Assembly (NCBI RefSeq): GCF_009914755.1
Contig: NC_060926.1
Reading direction: 5' to 3' (one strand)
DNA length: 64,000 nucleotides
Origin: the human T2T-CHM13v2.0 reference genome, Homo sapiens
Made by a program: the position numbers and the translations under genes. Below are positions 1 to 12,264 of the stretch, in pieces (the stretch's first letter is position 1; the number at the start of each line of letters is the position of its first letter). Under the pieces are notes generated by a model, which was not told the DNA's origin, ran no database searches, and saw nothing but the letters and a program-made list of their open reading frames with translations.

Positions 1-808
1 GACATGGCACCTGGTGTCCAGGCTGGGTGACTGGGAGGTGGGGGACCCTCTGCTCACTTGGCCTGCCCTAACAACCTCCACCAGCCTTGCTGTCTCCCAG
101 GGTTCTAGGGGCTTCCTGGGGAGGAGAGGCCTCTGGTTGGGCCCCTCCAGCCCACCATGGGCGCTCTACCTGCTGGCTGGCCCTCTGGGCTCAGGGTTGG
201 GGGCTGCCTGGGGGTTACGCTGGAGGAAGAAGATGGGAAGGATTAGGGAGCCCTGTTATGAGGCCAGCTTCATGATGGTCCCAGCACATGTGGGATCCCC
301 ACTAGCCCTCACATCTGTTCTCACCGGCTGAGAACTCAGAGTGGTAGAGTAGGTGTGTGTGTATGTGGCCCATGTGCCCTCCAAGGGGCCCACCTTTGGG
401 TGTGCTTAAGAATGCACGGGCTTTGGAGTCTCAAATCCCAGCTCCCCCTCATGACCGCAAAGCCCTGGACAAGTGAACTGACTGTCACCAAGTGTGTCTC
501 CTCACCTCGAGGACATGAAAACCCAGAGCCCCCCAGTTCAGTCACACTGGGTTTGCCCTTGCACCCATGAGCTACAGGACAAAGTTGGTCAGGGACGAGG
601 AAGACAGTCTCACAGAAGGCAGAAGTCCAGAACATGAATGCCACTTCCAGAATCACTGACTTCACATTCTTCCTTTTAAAGGTAGGAACTTATCTGCTGA
701 AACCCCAAACACTCCTGCCTTACAGCCACCGGCCGCAGTGCTGAGCTAGCTCGCCTGCAGGAGGAACTCCTGCCATTTTAGAAAGAAACTTTGCGGAAAG
801 AGGCTTAC

Positions 809-930
809 GGCATTCTTCACAATGTGCTCAGAGGTAACGCTCTCCATCTCCTCCACGGTGTAGGAGGGCACGTCTGCTCCACAGGGGTGACCCTCGCTGG
901 ACATCAGCAGCTGGTAATACTCTTCATTGG
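809..930 (-). CDS. PER2: PER2 coding exon 5 (ANEEYYQLLMSSEG...EHIVKNA); gene continues beyond the left edge
   Basis: Translation matches recalled human PER2; acceptor ctgcag at 931-932; donor GCC|gtaag at 808-807; 122 nt with phase [14 protein letters not shown] exon 4. Confidence 0.97.
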
Positions 931-1237
931 CTGCAGGAGAGACAGTGTTCACTCAGTGGGCAGAACCCAGCGCTTGGCCGGAGACAGTCACTAGCTCTTA
1001 CAAACTGAGGGCTCTACTTTTCTCAAATGAAAAGGTAGGATATAAATCTCGTCTTCCTGGGACACAGAACATACGGAAACGTGAAGGCAAAACAAACTCA
1101 CAGACAGAAATCGGGATATTTTTCCCTGAAACATCAGAAGGACTTTGATTATAAAATGTTTTAAAAGTGGCAACTACATTATTTAAGGTAATACGGTCGC
1201 AGAGTTCCAGCTGCCTCTCATGTTCTCCAGAAGGGGC

Positions 1238-1704
<467 letters not shown>

Positions 1705-3102
1705 CCTAGAAAGTCTTTAATCATGATGGTATATTCACTTTTCCACACAGGACCACATGGCAACCCCTGCACATCTGACTCCCTGGGTGATGCCATCAGA
1801 CACCCCCATCCAGGCAGAACTGACTGCTTAAAAAAATAACAGGCACAAGAAACATTTGAAAGAAAGTTTTCAAAATAGAATCTGAAGAGGAGGGCCACTC
1901 CATCTGAGTTCCCACGTCATCCTGGGTGTATCCGGCGGGCTCTGGGGTGACAAGCCTGTCTCTGGGTGTCGGTGCTCATGGCCACAGCGGCCCTCACTCC
2001 AGGCGGGAGCAAAGGGGCCAGCTCGAGGCTGCCACTTGCCCTCAGGGCTCAACAGGCCCCGGACACATGAAACCTGGGGCTGCGTTACGAGTCTGACCCA
2101 GGATTCTGCCACGCGTGTGCTTCCTGCAATGTGGTGAGGAGACCTTTGGACCCACAGCTGGGTCTCATATGCTTTCAGTTTTGCCACCTTCAGTAATTTC
2201 AGAAACAGGCACATTTCTGAGTATGCTCTGAAATCAAGATATAAACTGCTGGAAAGTGTGGAAAATGTCCATGTGGCAGAGCTTCTGAGCTGTGAAGTTA
2301 CTGTAGAGGCCAACAGGGAAACACCTTAAATGGACATAATCACTGGAGAACAGAGCAGCCCAACTGATCAGAACGAACTTTCCCTTTGGCTCCTCCTTCC
2401 GGAAAAGGGGGCCTCCACAGGCACGCAGGCCCAGAGCGGTGCCCTCCATGGTGGGGTGCTCATCCCAGGGGCACCGGATTTCCATGCGGTATCTTTAGAC
2501 CTGACCAGCACCGACGAGTAGCCCAGGCACCTTGTTCTGTCTGTATCAACCCTCACAAAATGGACAGTGGGATTAGGGAGGAGCCTGCAGAGAAACTTAG
2601 AGGACACCCAAAGCCAACACCCAAAAATGCAAGAGTCCAAGCTAGCACATGGCAGAGCAACCCTTCCACACCTGGCTCAAGGGACCCCAGAGATGAGTGC
2701 TGATGACCTGCTCACTGCTGATGAAAAACTACCCAAACATTTAAAAATATGAAGACTGCTTCAAATACGAGTTTATACCCATGATTACTAGTGAAGAACT
2801 TTGCCCTAACTGTACACTGTGCTTTGAAACGACTGATAATAGAATACAGCTACTGCTTCACCTTTAAGCCTCTCAGATTTTTCTATTTTTATGCATGTTT
2901 TTAATGTACAAGATCCACCAGCCCCTTAGTGCATGTGCGCAACACATGAAAAGGCACAGCTCCACAGTCGGGAGGTGCTCACACACCAACTGGCAGGAGG
3001 TGTGAAGATGCTCTGCAGGGCACCTTCCTTTCCCACCCTGGCTGACACTGATGGTCTCTGCCTGCTCGTCACAACAGACCAACACAGCTAAGGAATTCTT
3101 CA

Positions 3103-3386
<284 letters not shown>

Positions 3387-3481
3387 CGAGTTTTAGAAAG
3401 TCAACACAATCCAAGCTATAATTTGGGGGGATTTAAAACATATTTCTATAGGTTTGGAGCAGATGTGCGAGGCCGACGTAC

Positions 3482-3636
3482 CTTTCACCTGCTTCACGCT
3501 CCTGAGGGCGTACTTCAAGGTGGCCAGCGTACTGGCCTTGCCCTTGGCCTTCTTGTCTGCAGGGAGGTGGACCTTCAGCTCCTTTAGTGTTTTTATCAGT
3601 TCTTTGTGTGTGTCCACTTTCGAAGACTGGTCGCTA
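3482..3636 (-). CDS. PER2: PER2 coding exon 4 (SDQSSKVDTHKELIKTLKELKVHLPADKKAKGKASTLATLKYALRSVKQVK)
   Basis: ORF 3393..3617 carries the PER2 motif; acceptor cctgcag at 3637-3638; donor G|gtacgt; 155 nt, phase [10 protein letters not shown]. Confidence 0.97.
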
Positions 3637-3712
3637 CTGCAGGATTCAAGAAAGAGGCAGCCAAATGTTAGCTTCCTAAGTGTCCTTTCCTGAAGAAACG
3701 TGCCTCTTGCCC

Positions 3713-3960
3713 ATTTTCTCAGCCTCGGCTCTAGAGATGTTCTGGTCTGGGTGGCCCTTTGTGGGGCTCTGTAGATTTTCTCAGCCTCGGCTCTAGAGAT
3801 GTTCTGGTCTGGGTGGCCCTTTGTGGGGCTCTGTAGATTTTCTCAGCCTCGGCTCTAGAGATGTTCTGGTCTGGGTGGCCCTTTGTGGGGCTCTGTAGAT
3901 TTTCTCAGCCTCGGCTCTAGAGATGTTCTGGTCTGGGTGGCCCTTGGTGGGGCTCTGTAG
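3713..3960. repeat. PER2 intron 3 VNTR, 4 x 62 bp
   Basis: Units start at 3713, 3775, 3837 and 3899; one substitution in copy 4. Confidence 0.97.
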
Positions 3961-4098
3961 GACATCTAGCAGCATCCCTGGCCTCACCCACAATAGACCA
4001 GGGAGACCCTGGCCAAGTATGACAATCAGAGCTGTCAACAGACATTGCCAGATGTTTCTCGCTGGGAGACAAATTGTTCCTGGTCAAGAGTCACCGCT
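3713..4098 (-). mobile_element. MER20 (hAT-Charlie) DNA transposon whose end is tandemly amplified
   Basis: tttctcagcctcggc...tagcagcatccctggcctc...cagacattgccagatgt resembles the reverse complement of the recalled MER20 consensus. Confidence 0.75.
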
Positions 4099-4869
4099 CT
4101 AACCCAACTGAATGCTGGAGAAGTCCCTCCAACTGTGTTCTTTTCCCTGAAGGGTTAGAGCTAGGCTTTGCTCAGGAAAGGATACTGGTCGACCCATAGT
4201 CTGGTGCAGTGGACTGTGCACTAAGCTGTGCCCTTCTTCCCTGCCCCAGGTAAAGAAGGACTGAGTGATGGGATTACAGAGGACAGCAAAGTGACTTCCT
4301 GGGACATAAAAGTGAGCCATGAACACAGAGAAAAGGGGATTGTGGAAAAGGGTCTTCAAACATTAATTGAGGATACAGAGATGTTAGAGAGACAGGACAG
4401 CGGGGCACTGGCTGATGAAGATGGGCCTGTGTGGAACAGAGGGTGCAGAAGGAATGATGGAAATCAAGGTTTCTCAGGCAATGCAAAGTGCCCACATGCC
4501 CTGGACAAGGAGCCGGGTTCTGCTCCCGAGGTGACATGAAAATTGACATAGGGTAAGTTTGTTACAAACACCTACGAAGGGTGAAGAATGTTCCAGATGA
4601 AAATGCCCAAGACTCAGGCAAAGTCGGCTTCGAGTAGAGCTGGGAGGAGCTACAGGTACTGGAGCGACATCCCGGGGGCTCTGGACGGTGAGGGGACACA
4701 GTCAGTGTCTGAAAGGCCAGAGTGAGGCTGGGTTCGTACCCACATAGCCACACAGATGGGTTTTAGCACAGCTTAAAAAAAGCCACGTCACTCCCAGAAA
4801 ACTAACCTCCAATAAGAAGTCTTTCAATTTCTCTAAAACCTCTATGTATGAAGTTCTAATTGGCCTTAC

Positions 4870-4932
4870 CTGCAGCCACTTGTAGATGGGTTGTGTTCAG
4901 ATTTTGCCATCATCAGGCTAAAGGTATCTGGA
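4870..4932 (-). CDS. PER2: PER2 coding exon 3 (PDTFSLMMAKSEHNPSTSGCS)
   Basis: Manual translation; polypyrimidine tract plus ag at 4933-4934; donor AG|gtaag; 63 nt. Confidence 0.96.
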
Positions 4933-5445
4933 CTATGAAAACAAAAAATAAAAGCAAAATTTAGACAATTGTATGCTCCAGACACATCTTCCCCTGCCAT
5001 CCTACCAGTGATAACAGGCTAGATAATACCATGGTAAGACAATTTTTTAAAAATACAAGGTTAAGATAAAACTGGAATATAAAACCTTCAGACATCAGAA
5101 AAACTAAGTACCAGGACACAGAAACACATGATAACAGGAGCCAGTTCCTTTTCTATAAACTGCCCAGTGTTGTATAAGCAGCCACTGGCTGGGTTACCCA
5201 CCACTGCTACCTCCCAAGATCTCCTTACACTACCCAGTACCTGTCTGTTGGCAACTGGATCTGCGAACTCGACAGGGCCTCGTTATGAGGAAGGACAGAC
5301 ACTGGCACATTTTAGGTATTTTCAAAAATCTTGAAAAACTTGGTAATCATGATTTAAAGATTGCAAAAGCAATCAAATCACAGCAGAAATGAGCCACTGA
5401 GAAAACAACCTGCCCAGCCTCCATCTGGCCAGAGGCTGAACTCAC

Positions 5446-5675
5446 CTCTGGCGGGCATCCGGTGGCTCCACCAGCATCCCCAGCTCCTTCCCACTGTCGT
5501 CACAGTCACTGCCCTGCGAGTCCCGCCCCGTGGAGCAGTTTTCGTTGGTCTCATGTCCACTGGAGCCACTGCTCATGTCCACATCTTCCTGCAGTGGGAC
5601 CTGGCTGGGCTGGGGCTCCACGGGCTCCTTGGTGGGGTTACTGGGGCTGGGCGGAAATTCCGCGTATCCATTCAT
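5446..5675 (-). CDS. PER2: PER2 exon 2 coding part from ATG (MNGYAEFPPSPSNPTKEPVE...DARQ); the exon begins at 5694 with 19 nt of 5'UTR
   Basis: ATG at 5675-5673; N-terminus identical to recalled human PER2; acceptor tccctctgtttgccag; donor AG|gtgag at 5445-5444. Confidence 0.98.
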
Positions 5676-5805
5676 GCTGGGCTCTGGAACGAAGCTGGCA
5701 AACAGAGGGATGCTGTCACGCATTAACAAGCACACGCACAAGGGGCGCTGCAGCCATCAGGTAGAGCACCCATTTGACTCTTTCTGTTACTAATGAAACT
5801 GCAGT

Positions 5806-6090
5806 CTCTTTCTTTCTTCTCTCTGTCTCTCTCTCTCTCTCTTTCTTTCTTTCTACTTTGGAGACAGGGTCTGGCTCTGTTGCCCAGGGAATGCAGTGCC
5901 TGGGCTCAAGCGATCCTCCCACCTCAGCCTCCAGGGTAGCTGGAACCACAGGCACTCACCACCATGCCTGGTTAATTTTTTGTATTTTTGGTAGAGACAG
6001 GGTTTTGCCATGTTGCCCAGACTGGTCTCGAACTCCTGAAGTCAAGCGATCTGCCCGCCTCAGCCTCCCAAAATGTTGAGATTACAGGCC
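5806..6090 (-). mobile_element. Old Alu with a (CT)-rich tail
   Basis: Alu motifs; internal deletion. Confidence 0.85.
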
Positions 6091-8677
6091 AACCACACGC
6101 AGCCAAAACTGCCCTTTCATCGGGATCAATCACACGCACGTTAGTTCATCACATTACTTATTTGTTCTTATTGACAAGAGCTCCTATCTGCCATGGATTA
6201 GGAAGATGGTTGAATGAGGCAGCCTCAGCCCGACATAGAGCTGCTGACGGCCTCATCAGAAGGCAGACAAGAGCACTGATAATCAACACCCGGCCTGTGG
6301 GGTGCTGGGAAAAACACATGGTCCCTCTGAATAGGTGATCTGCCTTTTATAAATTTCCCCAGATGATGGTGGGGTGGGGGAGCCGGGTTCAGAAATCTTG
6401 GCCATTACAGCACGGCACAGTTACAGGAGGAGGAGCCAAGGCTAGCAGGAGACATGGGGACAGACAGGGCTTGCCGGGTAAAGAGGGCAGAGGGGCCTGG
6501 CAGGTGTGGAACCCTCCCAGCAGCTCGGGGATCCCAGGCCCCACAAGCATGTACAAGTGGGATGGAGAGGGGCCAGGACAATGTGGCTTCACATTTACTG
6601 GGAATGGTTGGGAGCTGCTGAGGCACTCTGAGTGCCAGGCCCACGGAACTCAGCTTGCATTTGGACAGGCTTGCACTGCTGTGCTGGTCAGAAACTTAAC
6701 CTCTGCACTTTGGGGTAGGTGGGTGGAGTGGCTGAAATTAGAGACAGACCAGCGATCATCCTGGACACAAACTGAGGGGGGGTGAACAGAGACAGGGAGT
6801 AGGGAGGGGTGGGACTGATTAGCAGGTGAGAGGCCAAAATGCCATCCCGGGTCCTCCCTTCTTCACCCAGTGATGTCTCCCCATCCCCAGGACAGCGTTT
6901 TCAGCAGAGTCCCAGCAGGAAGCAGGCACCCACTCAAGCGGGGCACTGGAGAGAGCCAGATGAAGGCCCTGCTTGACACAAGTGGTCATGCTTAATGAAC
7001 ACAGCTGTGAGGCTCTGGGGTGATGCTGCTGACTACAGACATGATGCTAAGCACCCAACACACAGCTTCCCAGCAACTCTGGATCACGGTCTACATGGTG
7101 CGCAGGAGATCGTTCTACGGAGCAGCCAACAGGGGTGGGTAGCTCACCCCAGGCCACACAGTAGCAGATGACAGCCCTGGATTCCAGGCCTGCCGGCATC
7201 TGAAGATGGGACCCCCACCCTACACCCAGGCTCAGCTGTGTGGGGGCCTCCTGCTTCCTGCCACTGCACTGTGCTCAGCCCCAACTCTGGCCCAGTGTGG
7301 CATTCCACTTCTGCATGGCATCCGTTTGGCCCTTCCCAGGGCAGCTGGAACAAAGGGAGAGAAGGGTTTCTGGATTCCACACCCCAAATCTTGTGAAACA
7401 TCTTATGCTCCAGTTCCCATCTAGCTCTGGGAGAGCCTCCCCTTCCACCTCCTTCCCACCAGTACCCACGTGAAATGACCAAGGATCATACAATTGGTCG
7501 GGGGGAGGGATCATTTTCAGCAGCCCTAGAAGTCCCGAAGGGTCCCAATCATTTGCCACAAAGTGAAGGTGCGTCCGGCTGCTTGTCGCTGAGATGGAAG
7601 GAGCATGAAGAGTGCACTGGAGTCCAAATACCCCTGAGGAAGTGGCTAGTGCTGAGATCCCTGCTACCCCCGGCCATGGAAGGCCCAAGCCATGGCCAAG
7701 GCTGGACAGTCAAGAGCTCTACCACCAGGAAGATGCTTCGTGAGGAAGCTGTGGGAGAAGAACGGACACAGGAACAGAAATCCTGTGGGAAGGAGAGGTT
7801 CTCCTGGAGACGCTTCACCCACTGAACACCCCCAGGTGCCCTCCCCAACAGGGCAACTCTAAGAAAGGGCTAGAAACCAGCCAGCAATACTGAGGGCTAC
7901 ACATACAGGGTGCCGGATTCCAACAGCTGGCCCCAGGAACTGAATGGCTAAGCTCCAACAAGAGCCTTCAGCATCCCCTTCCCCAGGTCGAGCCCATTCG
8001 CCGGTGAGCCACTCCAGGACAGCCTGGTGAGAGGCGGGGCTCATGGAGAATCCACCCACATCAGTGTCTGGAGAACAGCAGGGCCGACTAGACCTCGCCT
8101 TGTTCACAAACTAATAAACAGAAGAAAGCCAACACGGGGCTGTGGAAAACACACACAGCAAAGACAACTGAACACAACCCTCATGCCACAGAGGAAGCAG
8201 CAAATTAAGACACCATCTACTTTTCATCCTAAGAATTCAAGAAATGATGGATTCAATGAAACAAGTAATGAGGGATGAGATAAGGCCACTGACTGAGATG
8301 AAAATGCCACATTAGAATGGAAAACTAGAAAGGACAAAGTTCAGAATCAATAAAAAGAAAATGGCTTCAGTGATAGGAGATGCGTGACAGACTTTTAAAA
8401 TGCAAAGGGAAAGGAGAAGAGAAGAGAGATGGAGGACAGCCGGGTTTTACCTGTGGATTACAGCTCTTTCTGAAAGAGACGAGAACAATAAAACAGAAAC
8501 CATAATGAGCGAGACACATAAAGAGAACCAACCTGAACCAGAGACAGATCTGAATCTGCCAATCAAAGGACAAGAGTCCAACGCCTAAGTGCATCCAGAT
8601 GACAAACGGTATCTTCAAGGATAAAGAAAGTCCTACCAACATCCACAGAGAACAAACAAGTTACCCATAAAGGATGA

Positions 8678-9040
<363 letters not shown>

Positions 9041-10349
9041 GTCTACATATATTAATAGCTTTGAGAGGAAAAGCTTATGGTCAAAGGGAGGAAATCTCAA
9101 TTACAGGATACTTGATTGTGGGTTACATAGCTGGTTTTATCAACATCCTGAGTCACATAAAACCCAAAATGCCAGCATCATTCCCCTTAAAGTCAGGAAC
9201 AAAATAAGCAAATCTGTTATTCTAGTCTTTTTTCTTTATTTTACATTTAATGGCAGTTCTAGCAAATTCAATGAAAGATGAATGGTAATACCTTTTGGGA
9301 ACAGAGAGACTAAGCAAGAAGACTGCCTAGGCCATTCCCACAAAGAGAGACACCAAAAGATTTGTGAACTTGTAGAAAGAGGCTCAACCTCATTAGCATC
9401 AGGAAAATGCAAAGGACGAGGTTATCTTGCCCATCAGGTTGCCAAAAATTAACAGGACTGATCACACTCAGCGTTGCTCAGGTGGAGAAGAGTGGCTCTT
9501 GTGTGTGGTGGTGTAGTAATAGGGTATTTCTGGAGAGAAATTTGAGTTCCCAGCAACATTTATAATCTGCATACTCTTCCCACCTCCAGGAATCCATTGC
9601 AGAGAAGTGCTTATTTATGTGCTCAGAGATGTGTGAGCACTGAATATAAAAACCTGGGAAGAACCATCAACAGGGAGGCTACGCATCCTGTCCACGATCA
9701 TCCTGGCCAGGAGCCAGCCTCCAATTCCAGACTGGTCCCCTGCCTCCACCTGGCCCTGCTATGGTTAACACAGCATCTAGAGCGATCCTGGTGAAGGGGC
9801 TTAGCTTACGCCCGGCCCGTGCTCAGACCCTTGCTCAGAGCACAATTCTAGTGTGCACAAGGGCCAAAGGCTCTGCAAGTCTAGCTCCTGCAATCTCCTG
9901 GGCATGTCCTGTTAACTGCCCACCCCTCAGCCCCAGCCCTGTGTGCTCTGACCACAGAGACTCTGCACTTGCTGCTCCCTCGTGCCCACAGCCCTCTTCT
10001 TGCAGATGCCTGGGCAGCCTGCATGAACAGCACCGTCTCCCCACCAGCTCCTTCTCTGTGCCTCCACCGCCGCTCTGTGGGCTTTCCTCGCCAGCACTGA
10101 GGGGCTGGGCTGTTTACTGCCTGCCTCCCCTCTGGGACCTAAGCTCCATGGGGGCAGGGGTTTGCGTTGGTCAATGCTGGATCCCCAGGGCCTGGCACGT
10201 ACTGTTGAAGACACAAACCTGGGACATCCATACTATGAATACTATACACCCACTAAAAGGATAGAGGCCAGAAAGACTGATGTGGGGAGAGTCTCAGACA
10301 TAGATGAACAAGTCCAAGAACAATAAATAACAACAACAATAAAAAGGAC

Positions 10350-11880
10350 AGATGGCACTCAGGCAGGGCCTGCCCGGTGCCAGCAGTTTCCCACTGACTG
10401 ACTTGCCCTTATTCGCTTAGCACTGAGGGCTGGCACTGGGGCAGACAACAGAGCAGACATCTTTCCTGCCCTCAGGGAGCTTACATTAGGGGGAAACAGA
10501 CAATAAACAAGAAACTAGAATATACAGTAGAGTAGGCAACTAGCAAGTGGGAATTGAGGGGCTGGGAGTGACATTTCAATGAGGGTGGCCCCAGGTGTAG
10601 GTGGCATTTGACAAGGACCTTGCGCACGAGCCCTCGTGTGTGAACTGACTCAGGGTCCCTGGGCTTCGCTCTCTCAGGCTTGCAGCCACGTGCTTCAGCA
10701 GGTCTTTCTGGCTTCACACCTGAGGCTGGCACTGGGCATCTCTGGCTCTGCCTGCCCTGTGTGGACTCGGATGACGTGCCACACCACTGTGGGGGCCCTT
10801 GCTGCTCCTCACTGTCCTGCCTGCTGCCAAAGGGTCTGATGAGGCAGCTGGATAGGAGGGAGAGCTCGCTTGCTGGACAGGAGGCAAGGAGGAGCTGGCA
10901 GAAAATGCCCCCTCCCTCTCTCCCTCAAATGGACCTTTCTGAAGTTGTCTTTCTTTCCTTCCTTCCTGTTTTGGCACAGCCTTTCTGAAGAGGTCCCAAG
11001 GGGGTGAGCACCCAGCTGGATGTCTCTGTAAGGCAGAGCCTCATCTCAGCAGGGTGTCGTCTTGTGTGTGCTTTCCAGACTTTTCTTCCTTACCTCCCTT
11101 TTCCTTTTCTACTGCTACCCTGGGACTGCAATTCCCAGTAAAGTGCTCACCTCAGACTCCATTCTCAAGAGAGCCTGAAGGCAGACCTGAAGAGAGTGGA
11201 GAGTGAGCTACCAGAGGAAGAACATTCTAGGCAGGGGGACAGCACACACAAAGGCCCTGCGGCAGGCAAGCACCTGACCTGTCTGAGGAAGGTGCACGAG
11301 GCTGGAGCAGAGCGGGCAGCGGTAGGAGGGCGGCAGCAAGGCCAGATCACGGAGTGCCTTGCGGGGGCAGTCAGAACTCCGATAGGGAACTGTGGAGAGT
11401 TCTGTGCAACAAGATCTCACTTACACTTCAATGGAGTTGCAGGGTTGAGGCAAGGTGGAAGCAAGGAGACCTCTCAGGGTGCTCTTGCCATGGTTCAGTG
11501 GAGCTGCCAAGGGGCCGCCCAGGGTACCAAGGGCATTCTCTCACTCCTGACCCCTCAACACCCTGGACACCACCCATCTCATCCCCACAGCCCTCCCCCA
11601 GATAAGCAGCTGGTCCTTTCTGCTCTGAGTGAGTCATTAAGGTGATCAGAGGCAGCAGCAGAGTGGTTAAGGGCACAGGTCCTGGGTGGCCTGGGTTTCA
11701 GCTGGGTTCCACCACCTCCTATGTGATCTCGGACAAGTTCCTTAACCTCCCTGAGCCTTGTGTCCTCATTTGTGAGATGGGGTAACAGTAGTTCCTGCCT
11801 CCTACTGGTTGTTAGAAGGATTAAATGACACAACCCATGCAAGATATCTGGAATGTAATATTAGCTTATCACTGCTAATC
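10350..11880. mobile_element. Cluster of ancient L2, LTR-like and MIR fragments in PER2 intron 1
   Basis: cctgccctcagggagcttacatt (L2); ttaacctccctgagccttgtgtcctcatttgtgagatgggg (MIR). Confidence 0.6.
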
Positions 11881-11900
11881 ACTACAGAAAAACAGACGGC

Positions 11901-12264
<364 letters not shown>

